64,000 nucleotides of DNA from an uncultured Nitrososphaerales archaeon (GCA_963695855.1 CAVOHZ010000003.1:128001-192000); one strand, 5' to 3'. Positions 10,598 through 21,037 are shown, counted from the stretch's first letter. Notes: generated from the letters alone by a model not told the origin. A program made the numbers and translations.

Positions 10598-11080
10598 TTA
10601 ACCTCCTGTCATTTTAGTAAATTTATTAATCTTCTGCGTTGTAGATATATAATCCAAATTAGCCAGTGCCACTTCAGCAGATTTTCTTACTTCGCAGCTT
10701 TTATCATTCAATGCACGGATTAGTGTTTCTCTGGCTTCCTCTGAACCTATTACTCCTAAGGCTACCGCTGCTTCATGTCGAACGAAAAAACTTGGGTCTT
10801 TATCTACTGCCTCACATAACGGTTTTATCCCGCTGGTAAACCCTAGCTGACCTAGGGAATAAGCTGCTTCATGTCGCACCAATTCATCTAAATCATTTTT
10901 CAAAACAATGCTTATGGGTATTATAGATTCTTCACCGGCAATATCTGCAAATATGCAGACAGCTCTAGTTCTAATGATATGATCAGGATGAAAAAGTAAA
11001 TTCCTAAAAAAATCTCTATTATTGATGTTAAATTCGCTTTCCATCTTACCAAGCAATAAAAGTCTCTCTTTACTATCCAT
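10598..11080 (-). CDS. HEAT/PBS-lyase repeat protein with two His-Glu motifs (half-DOHH-like)
   Basis: LVRHEAAYSLGQLG and FVRHEAAVALGVIG repeats. Confidence 0.85.
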   Translation of the reverse strand: MDSKERLLLLGKMESEFNINNRDFFRNLLFHPDHIIRTRAVCIFADIAGEESIIPISIVLKNDLDELVRHEAAYSLGQLGFTSGIKPLCEAVDKDPSFFVRHEAAVALGVIGSEEARETLIRALNDKSCEVRKSAEVALANLDYISTTQKINKFTKMTGG

Positions 11081-11172
11081 CTTACTTGTCAGTTCAATAG
11101 TTAGATATTTTTAAAAATTTAATCCTTATTAATTTTCATACCTTATTATATTGTTAACAATATTAGTGTTTT

Positions 11173-11634
11173 ATGCGTGTAAGATATTGGCATCTTAACA
11201 TTCAAGAAACACTTAAGTGCAATTACCCACTGGAGAAAATAAATCACTGGGAAATAAAGTGTCTTTGTGGAGATTATGAACATTTTGGAGTATTTTGGTT
11301 TAAGTATGGTACACCTTTTGATAAAGAACCGATTCATGGTATTTGTTTTTATTACAACGAAATAGAAGAAAAAATTGTAAAAGAATTAACAGACTATCTT
11401 TCAAGATTATTTGGTGGAAAGATATTATTTAGACAAACTAGAGTTTTTCTTCAAGGATCCAAAGTAGTTTTTGATCCTAAATCAATTGGAAAATTAGCTA
11501 ATGATTTGAGTCTAAAATTTAATGTACCCGTAGAAATAACTATTGAATTAGAAAAAATATCAGATGAAGAAATAACTGAAAACAATTTTAACTTTCCTGC
11601 TAAAAAGGTCTTACCTATTGTAGGTACGGATTAA
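11173..11634 (+). CDS. hypothetical protein
   Basis: 153-aa ORF filling the intergenic space, typical composition. Confidence 0.7.
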   Translation: MRVRYWHLNIQETLKCNYPLEKINHWEIKCLCGDYEHFGVFWFKYGTPFDKEPIHGICFYYNEIEEKIVKELTDYLSRLFGGKILFRQTRVFLQGSKVVFDPKSIGKLANDLSLKFNVPVEITIELEKISDEEITENNFNFPAKKVLPIVGTD

Positions 11635-11688
11635 TTTTTTTAATAACTGTATTTTATACATATTAGACTTTTATTCTTAAAAAATTTT

Positions 11689-12093
11689 TTAATTTCCTAG
11701 AATTGAATTTAATTTATTGACTAAAGTATACATACTTACAGGTTTACTTATAAAATCTAAGACATCCACTGAAGGAATTACTTTACTGAACTCTTCTTTA
11801 TTAATTTCAAACGCTGTTATAAAAACTACTTTCATACCAGGATGATTTTCTTTTATTCTACGGAATAGTTCAAATCCATTTATCTTTGGCATCCTTATAT
11901 CTGTAAGAACAAGGTCGTAGTAGTCAACCGGATTATTTTTTAATGAATTTAATGCTTCTTCTGCATCCATGAATGTGTTCACCTGAAATTTATTTTTGGA
12001 CTCTAAACCTCTCTTAATAATTGACAAAATGTCTCTTTCATCATCAACAACCATTATTCGTGGTGGAATGTTCCTGCTCTTGGTGACACTCAC
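11689..12093 (-). CDS. single-domain response regulator (CheY-like receiver)
   Basis: IMVVDDE, LVLTDIRMP, FITA, FISKPV. Confidence 0.93.
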   Translation of the reverse strand: MSVTKSRNIPPRIMVVDDERDILSIIKRGLESKNKFQVNTFMDAEEALNSLKNNPVDYYDLVLTDIRMPKINGFELFRRIKENHPGMKVVFITAFEINKEEFSKVIPSVDVLDFISKPVSMYTLVNKLNSILGN

Positions 12094-12222
12094 GATAATT
12101 TTATCAATATTATCCTACTAAAAATGTTATCTATTTTCATGAAGTTTGTTTTTTAAAAGATTTTTATAATTTTGTGAATTATTAATGTAATATTGATATT
12201 ACCCTAATTAATATCTAAGAAA

Positions 12223-12726
12223 ATGGATGACAAAATAAATAATGAATATTTAGATATGCTTAATAGAGAAAAAATACCTGAATTTAATGAATTTCGATTA
12301 AAGAATCTGACATTTAGACCCAATTTATCTGGTCAAGATTTTTCCCGAAAGGACCTTACTAACGCTTATTTGAATGGAGCAATATGTGTTAAAACTAATT
12401 TCAATAATTGCATGCTTGGAAAAACTAATTTTGTTCAAGCTGATTTAAATGAATCAAATTTTGAATCTGCAGATTTAACTGAAACATTGTTCATGTACGC
12501 AGAAATGAAAGATTGTCGATTGACAAATTGCAATATGAATAAGACAAATTTTATGTGGGCAAATCTCCAGAATTCGGATTTACGTGGGAGTAAACTTGAT
12601 GGAACGATATTTATAGAGGCGTATCTACAGAATTCGAATTTAGATAACTTAAAAATGGAAAAAGCATTTATAAAATTTGCTAAACTTGGTAACGGAGAAG
12701 ATAGAGTTAATAAACTATCAAAGTAG
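12223..12726 (+). CDS. pentapeptide repeat protein
   Basis: Tandem A(D/N)Lxx and xxFxx pentamers. Confidence 0.9.
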   Translation: MDDKINNEYLDMLNREKIPEFNEFRLKNLTFRPNLSGQDFSRKDLTNAYLNGAICVKTNFNNCMLGKTNFVQADLNESNFESADLTETLFMYAEMKDCRLTNCNMNKTNFMWANLQNSDLRGSKLDGTIFIEAYLQNSNLDNLKMEKAFIKFAKLGNGEDRVNKLSK

Positions 12727-12775
12727 TCTCTATTTTTATCCATTTGATCAAATAAAGATATTTAAATGATTTAAA

Positions 12776-13003
12776 ATGAGGAATCGAAAAGCAATATTAC
12801 TGGTAGACGATAAAGAAGAAACAAAGTTCGCAAAAGAGATTCTATTTGTAAACAATATTGATTTTATCGAATATCATATTAGTAAATTTGAAGAAAGTTG
12901 TTGTGGGGAACTACCTACAACTAAAGCCCCTTCTATTATCGCACCAGAAGGAGTGTTTAAAGGAATTGATGGTATAAAAGAATTTGTTATCTTAAAAAAG
13001 TGA
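12776..13003 (+). CDS. small glutaredoxin-fold-like hypothetical protein
   Basis: 75 aa; SCCG...APSI...GVFKGIDGIKEF resembles a Grx C-terminal half. Confidence 0.6.
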   Translation: MRNRKAILLVDDKEETKFAKEILFVNNIDFIEYHISKFEESCCGELPTTKAPSIIAPEGVFKGIDGIKEFVILKK

Positions 13004-13553
13004 CGATTGATCAGCAAGCCAATCTATTTTGGTAATAAACAATAAAAAGTAATATAGTACTATTATAAGATAAAATCTAATTTAAAAATAAAATTGTGTC
13101 CTTATAGCTCTAACTTGTTTGATTAAAATATATTTCTTTAAAGATTTAGAAATATATTGCAAAACTGATGAATCAATGTTAAAAGTGGCTAAATGTCCCG
13201 CTCGGAGAACAAAATTTAGTTCTTTTAAAAATATTGAGATTGAATTTGATCTGCTTTTATATTATTTAGTAACTTGGTTTATTTTACATGGGTTTGAAAC
13301 GTGTATAAAACCAATATTATGTACCTTATTATGGTTACCATGTTTTAGTCTTCCCGAATTTTTGGAACGAAATAACATAAACGTTAGATATAGATGTTTT
13401 CACGATTATGGGTATTTGTACCCGCAAGAGAATAAATGATTTCCTTGATTAGTATGTGAATTTTATTGTTAAATAATATAACGTTTCGCGGAATCTATGA
13501 ATTCGAGAACCTCAAAAACATAATGTTTTTTATACCGAATAATCTGTTTTCAG

Positions 13554-14096
13554 ATGGTGGGTATTGACAAGTTAGATTTAAAATCACTAATTGGAAGCTA
13601 CAAAGACTTTCCTAAGAAAGGAGTGATGTTTAGAGACATCAATCCGCTTTTCAGAAACTGGAAAGTAACTCAAGAAATATCTAAGCAATTCATTAAGAAT
13701 CACGAATTACAAGAAATAGATCTGATAGCAGGAATTGAGTCTAGAGGTTTTACTGTGGCCTCTTTACTAGCAGGAAATTTTAATAAAGGAATGGTTTTGG
13801 TCAGAAAGGCAGGAAAACTTCCAGGAGATACAATAAGAAAAAATTATGAGATAGAATACGGCAATGCCATGATTGAAATTCAGAGAGACGCTGTAAAAGA
13901 GGGGCAAAACATTCTGATTGCGGATGATTTAATAGCCACTGGCGGTACTGCAGCTGCTGCCGCAGAATTAATAGAAGAGATTGGAGGAAAGATTTTTGGA
14001 TTTGCTTTTATTATTGAATTATCTTATCTTGGGGGGGGAGATAAACTAAGGAGTAAAGGTTATGAAGTTCGCTCATTGGTGAAATATGATGAATAG
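13554..14096 (+). CDS. apt: adenine phosphoribosyltransferase
   Basis: DFPKKGVMFRDI, ESRGF, RKAGKLP, ADDLIATGGT. Confidence 0.95.
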   Translation: MVGIDKLDLKSLIGSYKDFPKKGVMFRDINPLFRNWKVTQEISKQFIKNHELQEIDLIAGIESRGFTVASLLAGNFNKGMVLVRKAGKLPGDTIRKNYEIEYGNAMIEIQRDAVKEGQNILIADDLIATGGTAAAAAELIEEIGGKIFGFAFIIELSYLGGGDKLRSKGYEVRSLVKYDE

Positions 14097-14898
14097 AAAA
14101 ATATCCGAGAATATCAACATAGGAATAATTGGAGGAACAGGAATTTATGATCCTAGTCTTTTCAATGTTATTGAAGAAAGAAAAATTAATACTCCGTTTG
14201 GAGAACCTTCTGATAAAATAACAATATGTTCCTTGGGGAATAAAAAAATTGCTTTCATACCCCGACATGGAAAAGAACATAGATTACCGCCTCACAAAAT
14301 AAATTTTCGTGCAAATATTTGGGCATTAAAAGATTTAGGGGTTAAAACAATTTTGGCTCCTTCAGCTGTAGGTAGTCTAAAGAAAGAATTTAAACCAGGC
14401 AATATAGCTATACCTGATCAATATATTGATTTTACCAAAAAAAGGGAATATACTTTTTATGACGGAGGAATAGTTTGCCACATCTCTCAGGCAGAACCAT
14501 TTTGCAATGATCTTAGGAAAATCATTTGTCGAGAACTAGAAAAGCTAAATTTTTCATATCATTATAAATGTACTTATGTTTGTATCGAGGGTCCGCGATT
14601 CTCAACGAAAGCAGAATCAAATTATTATAGAAATATATTAGACGCAAATATTATAGGTATGACCTTAGTCCCTGAATGTATTCTCGCTAGGGAGATGGAA
14701 ATTTGTTATCTTTCAATTGCAACTGTAACTGATTACGATGTCTGGGCAGACGTGCATGTAACATCTAAAGGGATCGTAAAAACATTAAGTAAAAATGTTG
14801 AAAAAGTAAGAACATTATTGTTAAATACGATACCAAAAATATCAGAAAAAAGAGACAATTGTAATTGCGGTAAATCCCTTGATAATGCTTTAATATAA
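14086..14898 (+). CDS. mtnP: S-methyl-5'-thioadenosine phosphorylase
   Basis: IGIIGGTG, PRHG, NFRANI, EGPRFSTKAE, GMTLVPE, VTDYD. Confidence 0.95.
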   Translation: MMNRKISENINIGIIGGTGIYDPSLFNVIEERKINTPFGEPSDKITICSLGNKKIAFIPRHGKEHRLPPHKINFRANIWALKDLGVKTILAPSAVGSLKKEFKPGNIAIPDQYIDFTKKREYTFYDGGIVCHISQAEPFCNDLRKIICRELEKLNFSYHYKCTYVCIEGPRFSTKAESNYYRNILDANIIGMTLVPECILAREMEICYLSIATVTDYDVWADVHVTSKGIVKTLSKNVEKVRTLLLNTIPKISEKRDNCNCGKSLDNALI

Positions 14899-14956
14899 TT
14901 GATCTTCAAATTTTAATTAAATTGTTATTAGCACTAAAGATTTAAACTTCCTTCTT

Positions 14957-15256
14957 TCAATCTGGTTTTTCTATATTTTGAGGAAGGATTACATCTCCTT
15001 CAATTAATTTTCTCTGTACTGATAATTGTAACTCTTCTGGGTCTACACCCATTTTTTTAATTTTTGAGATAGATGTATTTGAAAGTTTTATGCTCACGTT
15101 ATGTCCCCCAATCCGACCGAAAGCGACAGAGGTAAACCTAAAACGATGATTATTAAGGATTACAAATCCTTGTAGTCTACTAGCAACCTCTCCTCCAGAG
15201 CAGCTGGTAATAAATACATCAATCTTTAGATTGTTTTCTTCTCGAAAATAGCTCAT
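14957..15256 (-). CDS. hypothetical protein
   Basis: 99 aa; 4-bp start/stop overlap with the upstream gene. Confidence 0.7.
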   Translation of the reverse strand: MSYFREENNLKIDVFITSCSGGEVASRLQGFVILNNHRFRFTSVAFGRIGGHNVSIKLSNTSISKIKKMGVDPEELQLSVQRKLIEGDVILPQNIEKPD

Positions 15257-15675
15257 TTAGTCTTTATCTCCTTTGTAATTTCTACTGTTCTATTCACATT
15301 CTTTTCCACTAGGAAGCTCCACCAGTCATTATCATCTATTTGATAATCCTTTACAAAAGTTTTAACATAGGTTTCATCATCTGTATCATAAAAACTGAAA
15401 GCACCTTCTTTAACAAGCTTTACTAATTTCCATCTGTCTTTACCAATCCTCTTTTTATTTATAACAACTGCCCATTTTTGATAATTTTCGATTTTAGGCA
15501 TCCCTATATAGTCAACGATGTCTAGAACACCCAGTCTTTTTTCTTCACAAAATAATTCCCTGGTAATTACGCTTCTCCAAATATCAACCGCTCCGATAGT
15601 TCTGCCATTTTCATTTATGTTTATTACACCGAAGTAAACAATCTTGTCGTTATTTTCTGAATTTTGTCTACTCAT
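15253..15675 (-). CDS. hypothetical protein
   Basis: 140 aa, within a co-oriented gene run. Confidence 0.7.
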   Translation of the reverse strand: MSRQNSENNDKIVYFGVININENGRTIGAVDIWRSVITRELFCEEKRLGVLDIVDYIGMPKIENYQKWAVVINKKRIGKDRWKLVKLVKEGAFSFYDTDDETYVKTFVKDYQIDDNDWWSFLVEKNVNRTVEITKEIKTK

Positions 15676-15702
15676 TATTTATTCATTACTTGACAATTAT
15701 CC

Positions 15703-16059
15703 TTATTTAGTTCTTGCAATATCGTATGGATGTTCCAAAAATAATCCCAGACTATCTATAAGAGAATTTTTCTTGAATTCAACGTTTTTTTCTTCACATA
15801 ATCTCTTGTATCTGTTAATGACTGCAAATCTAGGATGAAATACCTCGTAGAGGTCTTGAGAATATTCTAACAACATATTTTTAGATATTAAAGAAACAAT
15901 TAATTTTTTGCAAGCATCTATAGGGATACCATACTGATCAGATATTTCTTTAATACTCTTCATACCCTCAATTATTATATACAGAAAAATTTTTGATTCT
16001 TCATCAGATAATTCAAGATTTTCTTTTAGTAATTTTATTATTTTCGATATGTCCTTCAA
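15703..16059 (-). CDS. TrmB-like winged-helix protein
   Basis: LELSDEESKIFLYI...SIKEIS...LISKNML HTH pattern. Confidence 0.7.
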   Translation of the reverse strand: MKDISKIIKLLKENLELSDEESKIFLYIIIEGMKSIKEISDQYGIPIDACKKLIVSLISKNMLLEYSQDLYEVFHPRFAVINRYKRLCEEKNVEFKKNSLIDSLGLFLEHPYDIARTK

Positions 16060-16124
16060 TATTTTTATTTTAAATACGATTAAATATTAAACTTGATTCA
16101 TCTCAATAATTACAAAAAACACTA

Positions 16125-16541
16125 TCAAAAATTCTTATTTAGCAGTTTGTGACAATCTACCAACACGCTTTTTGAATTTTCATATGTGATTCTCTCTAAA
16201 GTATCCCCATACCCTGCCCATTTGAATCCTATGTGTTCATCAGAAAGAACAACCTTCAAAGTATTAGTTTCTGCTATATAATAAATCACATGTTTTGAAA
16301 TCAATTTGTTATCACGTTTATATTTGTAAAAAATCTCTTTCCTAAAATTATTTTGGAGAGTAATATTTGTTATTCCAGTTTCTTCTTTTATTTCCCTAAT
16401 GACTGTTTCAATTTCGGCTTCATTTTCTTCTTTGTTGCCTTTCGGAAAATCCCAATGTCCTGAAACATAATTCAATAATAAATAAAGAATCTTACCGTTA
16501 ATTACAGTATACACAACTGCACCCACAGATAATTCATTCAT
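16125..16541 (-). CDS. NUDIX hydrolase (Ap4A hydrolase-like)
   Basis: HWDFPKG...REIKEETG Nudix box; LSDEH. Confidence 0.9.
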   Translation of the reverse strand: MNELSVGAVVYTVINGKILYLLLNYVSGHWDFPKGNKEENEAEIETVIREIKEETGITNITLQNNFRKEIFYKYKRDNKLISKHVIYYIAETNTLKVVLSDEHIGFKWAGYGDTLERITYENSKSVLVDCHKLLNKNF

Positions 16542-16848
16542 CTTAAACCGTCAATTCTACTCAATTCTAATGAAGAATCGTGTTTCCAATTGCACTTTGG
16601 ACATATGTGCGGGATCAAGTTCCTTTTACATCTGCCGCAGTGACTGCAGTCACTTCAAGATCATCGTCCGGTAAATTATTTTCATTAGATGGTGGAATAT
16701 AATCATGTATTTCTATCCACTCCTTAGAATTCATAAAATATGAACAAAACCATTTCTTAGAAACAGTATCAAAAAATCCATGCTCATACATAAAATTACC
16801 TTGATTATCAGGTATATTTTTATGTTTTAATTTTTTCTCATTTTCCAA
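16538..16848 (-). pseudogene. small zinc-ribbon protein split by an apparent frameshift near 16650
   Basis: The 77-aa ORF ends at 16615. The shifted frame reads DCSHCGRCKRNLIPHICPKCNWKH...GLR* and its stop overlaps the NUDIX start (ATGA). Confidence 0.65.
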
Positions 16849-17647
16849 ATCTTCTCACTCTATTTTGATAAGTACGTATTGCTCTGATGAGGTCAATCTT
16901 CCTAAATTCAGGCCAAAAAACATCCATAAAGATCAATTCGCTGTAAGCACTTTGCCATAAAAGAAAACCACTCAACCTTTTTTCCCCAGATGTTCTTAAT
17001 ATCAAATCCGGATGAGGTTGAGGCAAATGAGAAGTATAAAGGCATGATTCAATAATTTTTTCATTTATATCATCTATTTTAATTACTCCGGAAATAACCA
17101 TTGAACTAATTTTTTTAATGGCATCAAGTAATTCCTTTTGTCCACCGTATGCCACTGCTATATTTAAAAACATTGAACCGTATGAGATAGTTTCTTCTTC
17201 CAAAATATGAAGTATGTCTTGAAGATCTTTTGGTAAAACATCCATATTTCCAATCGCTTTAATTCTCATTTGTTTTTCATGAATCCTAGAATCATCCCGC
17301 AATTTGCAGAGTTTATCATATAACAAAGCATAGATATTTTCGAGTTCACTATCATCTCTTTTCAGATTCTCATTCGACAGAACATATACAGTCGTAATTT
17401 TTATCTCCAAATCATAAATCCAATTCAATAGATCTTCTGCTTTATCCGCGCCCACAAAATGTCCTTTATCTATTCCGATAAGATTGTATTTTGCCCATCT
17501 GCGATTACCATCCAAGATTATTGCAATGTGCTTAGGGAGAGGTTCTCTAATAATTCGAGATTCTAACCATCTTTCATAAATTTTATAAATGCCAGTTAAT
17601 TTAAAGAGAAATTCAAAAATATTTTGTGAAGAATAACCTATATTCAT
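16838..17647 (-). CDS. uppS: cis-prenyltransferase (undecaprenyl diphosphate synthase family)
   Basis: HIAIILDGNRRWA, AYGG, DLILRTSGEKRLSGFLLWQ. Confidence 0.95.
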   Translation of the reverse strand: MNIGYSSQNIFEFLFKLTGIYKIYERWLESRIIREPLPKHIAIILDGNRRWAKYNLIGIDKGHFVGADKAEDLLNWIYDLEIKITTVYVLSNENLKRDDSELENIYALLYDKLCKLRDDSRIHEKQMRIKAIGNMDVLPKDLQDILHILEEETISYGSMFLNIAVAYGGQKELLDAIKKISSMVISGVIKIDDINEKIIESCLYTSHLPQPHPDLILRTSGEKRLSGFLLWQSAYSELIFMDVFWPEFRKIDLIRAIRTYQNRVRRFGK

Positions 17648-17704
17648 TTATTTTTTTTCGATTATTATCAAAATAATCAATGCTTATTTATTTTATAGGA
17701 TTCA

Positions 17705-18868
17705 CTATGATTTTAAGGATTCTCCATCTTTTCTATTTCTATAATATTGATAAAGGAACGTCGCTGCAACAAGAGTAATTGCTAGACCGATTAACAATGA
17801 AGAGATTAAGTTGAAAGGACTTGTACCTTCAGTAAGTACTGAAGTAAATTGTAAAATTGGGTAATATAACAACACCAATATTACTATCCTTAATATATCA
17901 GACATTGTTCTGATACTGCCCTTAAACCAATTGCTGAGTAAAGTGCCAGCCAAAATTGTTCCGATTCCAATCCACATCAACAGAATTGTACCTCTGATAA
18001 AACTTCCTACAATTTCTTTATTCGTAATAATCTCGTATGACTTCATATTATCCGTAAAAATTCCTTCTGGAATATGAGATAGGCCATTAACTACAGATAC
18101 CACAATTATCAATATTCCTGCGACTATTGAAAAAATCCTAATGAAACTGGTAGGATTTGGTTTTCCCAATGACCCAATAGATTTATCAATATCAAACGCC
18201 CTGATGATGAATGCACCACCAAGAATACTCAAGACAAGAGCTATTGCCTCCCTCGTTAATCCAAAGATTGTTGCTATCCCACTGGCTACCAATAGAGCAC
18301 CGGGAACACCCAAAAAAAATCTTGAGTATCTCGGATCATAGACTAGCATCTTTACATACCTAGCAAAAACTGCGTACGAATATTCTACACTTCGACTATG
18401 TCTAATTACAACTCTATGAATTGAAATAACAGGAATTAACGACTGGATTACAGGAATAACGGTTTCATCGTCTTCCCCATCAGAAACAATAACAGAAGCA
18501 TCCGCTTTAAAAACATCGACAATAAATTGAATTTCTGAACCTATTTTTTCATCTCCTTCGATTCCCCTGTTATATTTGCCAGCAACTAATGCCACTTCAG
18601 CTTGATATCCTCGTTTAAGAAGATCTTCGTATGTCTTTACTGCCGCAAAAATGGCGTTTGCGTCAGAATCTTCAGGATCTTCTATTGCCAATCGGGTACC
18701 AGCATTAATACAAGAATCCCTTCCTATAACAGGTGTTTCAATTCCACCTTTTGATCCTATATCGTCATCTCTATCTATACATAATACAAGTATACGATCA
18801 TATTTTCTATTTTGTTTAGTTAATAAATCTCCTCTTGATAAACTTCGATAATCATTATTTTTTGACAA
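17705..18868 (-). CDS. DUF373 family membrane protein
   Basis: LVLCIDRDDDIG, DPEDSDAN, VSDGEDDE, multiple C-terminal TM segments. Confidence 0.88.
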   Translation of the reverse strand: MSKNNDYRSLSRGDLLTKQNRKYDRILVLCIDRDDDIGSKGGIETPVIGRDSCINAGTRLAIEDPEDSDANAIFAAVKTYEDLLKRGYQAEVALVAGKYNRGIEGDEKIGSEIQFIVDVFKADASVIVSDGEDDETVIPVIQSLIPVISIHRVVIRHSRSVEYSYAVFARYVKMLVYDPRYSRFFLGVPGALLVASGIATIFGLTREAIALVLSILGGAFIIRAFDIDKSIGSLGKPNPTSFIRIFSIVAGILIIVVSVVNGLSHIPEGIFTDNMKSYEIITNKEIVGSFIRGTILLMWIGIGTILAGTLLSNWFKGSIRTMSDILRIVILVLLYYPILQFTSVLTEGTSPFNLISSLLIGLAITLVAATFLYQYYRNRKDGESLKS

Positions 18869-19097
18869 AAGGAGTCCTTTATAAATTTCGTCAATGACAT
18901 TAATTAATTTAACTAATAAAAATGATTTTCAGGCTAATAATTTTTTATTTATAAAAAATTTGTATTTATTTGTTTACAAATACAAAAAGGTAAAAGTCGT
19001 ATCTTTTTTATTTAAAGTTTTTAAACTGATATATAAGAAATGATATCTATAGCCATTGCCCAAGTCGAAAACTACTTACAAAAATAAAACCTAAATT

Positions 19098-20561
19098 CTA
19101 CATATATTGCAAATCATTTTCTTCTTTCCAAAGATTGATTCTCTGGTGAAACCAAGGATAAAAGCTGGTATTTTTATCTTCAAACTGTTTTTTTATAATT
19201 TTAGCAATGGTTTTAGATACTTCGCCGGGTTCACCATAAATCTCTTTTTTATTTTTTAAAGATATTCCAAATCCTTCAAATTTATCATAAAGATTATTTA
19301 ACATTGATGGAAGCCATTCAGAGTTTATTGGAGGAATAAGTAAATTACTCTTGGCTTCGAAAATCGTCTCAGGACGATCAGTATTTAGTCTAATGGTTAA
19401 AGAAAGAACATTTTTAAAATATAGTAATTCTTCTTGCATAGAACCTGAATCCGTCATCTCAGCCCAACAATTACCGCTATCAAGGAACTCTATTACTTGT
19501 GCATACTCTTTCCACAAAGGAGTAGTTAAAAATTTTTCTGGAAATTCTTTAGATAATGAATTAATTTTATCTTCTAAACCGTAAAATTTTAATGCTGATT
19601 TAGTACCATTCAGCATTACCAAGATGACCTTATGATCAGAATACTTTATAATATTAACAAGTCCATGGATTATGGACTTGAATCTATGTTCTGTTAAATT
19701 TTCTCTTCTATGTATATCCATTCTAATCCATTTTCCTTTTTCAAGTTGAGGATAACAATCAAAAATACTTCTGTTGACCTTTTGTTTCCTTTTTAGATGG
19801 ATAGCATCTACTACCGAATTTCCAACGACATGAACAAATTCTTCGGGATATCCTTCTCTAACTAGGTTATCTTTATTGAGCTGAGTTGGTGCAAAAAAAT
19901 ATTGTGTTCCTGCTGAACATATCCAAGTATCTATCTGTTCTGGAAAAGGTTCTTCTCTAGCAATAAACCATTTTCCGTGTAATTGTTCATGTACAAATTT
20001 TTCTACGATATCCAATGTGGGTTCTTGATTAACCTTAATTTTTTTCATAATTTCGGGACTCATCGATCTTAATCCCGCTTCATTTTGGGCTACTTTTTGT
20101 CCCATTCCAAAAACCCAAGCAAGAGGGGCAATCCCTGCAACTAATGTATCTCCATGAACCACAGGAAGAAGTTTGGATGTCGAACCGAATTTTTCTTTAC
20201 AATAACGTCCTAATGATCCGAATTTAGTAATCAAGTCACTTGCTTTTTCCATTAGGTCGCCTCTGATCTGCAAGTCACAGCCTACTGATTCTTCTAGATT
20301 AAATTCTTTTATACCAAACCCTAAAATATCATCAAAATGTTGTCCTGTATCAATTACGAATACTGGAAGTTTTTCTCTTTTGGCTTCCACAACAAGAGGA
20401 GCTTGTTTGTAGAAATCAGGTTTAGTACCTATTACAATAGAAAGGATAGGACTGTTATCCGTTTTAGCTTTTGAAAAAATATCCGTTAATAAATCTGTAT
20501 TAATTTTTATTGGTAATGTCTGTTTTGACGTATCAATAAAGGCAATGCCATTACTTTTCAA
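19098..20561 (-). CDS. UDP-N-acetylglucosamine 2-epimerase family protein
   Basis: GTKPD, TGQHFD, VHGDT, EAGLRS, FPE, GNSVVDA, HRREN, TDSGSMQEE, TDRPE. Confidence 0.9.
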   Translation of the reverse strand: MKSNGIAFIDTSKQTLPIKINTDLLTDIFSKAKTDNSPILSIVIGTKPDFYKQAPLVVEAKREKLPVFVIDTGQHFDDILGFGIKEFNLEESVGCDLQIRGDLMEKASDLITKFGSLGRYCKEKFGSTSKLLPVVHGDTLVAGIAPLAWVFGMGQKVAQNEAGLRSMSPEIMKKIKVNQEPTLDIVEKFVHEQLHGKWFIAREEPFPEQIDTWICSAGTQYFFAPTQLNKDNLVREGYPEEFVHVVGNSVVDAIHLKRKQKVNRSIFDCYPQLEKGKWIRMDIHRRENLTEHRFKSIIHGLVNIIKYSDHKVILVMLNGTKSALKFYGLEDKINSLSKEFPEKFLTTPLWKEYAQVIEFLDSGNCWAEMTDSGSMQEELLYFKNVLSLTIRLNTDRPETIFEAKSNLLIPPINSEWLPSMLNNLYDKFEGFGISLKNKKEIYGEPGEVSKTIAKIIKKQFEDKNTSFYPWFHQRINLWKEENDLQYM

Positions 20562-20567
20562 TTAAAT

Positions 20568-21011
20568 TTATCTGATCTCAGCTCCTTTCTTGGATTTTAT
20601 GTAAATAAGGAATCCAATAATAAATATTCCTATACCTGCTATCACAAAAATGTATGGTATGTAAATAATTAGGTTGTTGAAGAATTCAGATGGTATATTT
20701 GAAGAAATACTCAAAGAGACAAACATTCCTACTATCATCAAAATCCCACTAGCAGAAATCAATATCCCTCCTATTTCACTCCCATAATTCCTAGAAAGTG
20801 CATAGACTATTCCGGCAAGAATGATTGACGGAGCTCCAGAAATAGATACAGTTTTAATTAATACTGGTTGGATATCTACAAATCTATCTGGACCTAATTT
20901 GTCTGGACCTATCAAAAAAAGATAGAAAGATGGTATCAAAAGCACAAACATAATTGCCAGACCAAACGAACCTAATGCTACCCATATTTCTAAAGGAAAG
21001 TTTAATTTCAT
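20568..21011 (-). CDS. four-TM membrane protein
   Basis: Four hydrophobic segments. Confidence 0.75.
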   Translation of the reverse strand: MKLNFPLEIWVALGSFGLAIMFVLLIPSFYLFLIGPDKLGPDRFVDIQPVLIKTVSISGAPSIILAGIVYALSRNYGSEIGGILISASGILMIVGMFVSLSISSNIPSEFFNNLIIYIPYIFVIAGIGIFIIGFLIYIKSKKGAEIR

Positions 21012-21037
21012 ATTATATCAAGACACGCCTACTTCTA

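Noticed and set aside
13119-13439. 106-aa ORF, and CTGATGA at 13165 as a hammerhead core or box C
   Set aside because: The ORF has no recognisable motif and an odd composition; no stem II/GAAA or properly spaced CTGA partner was found
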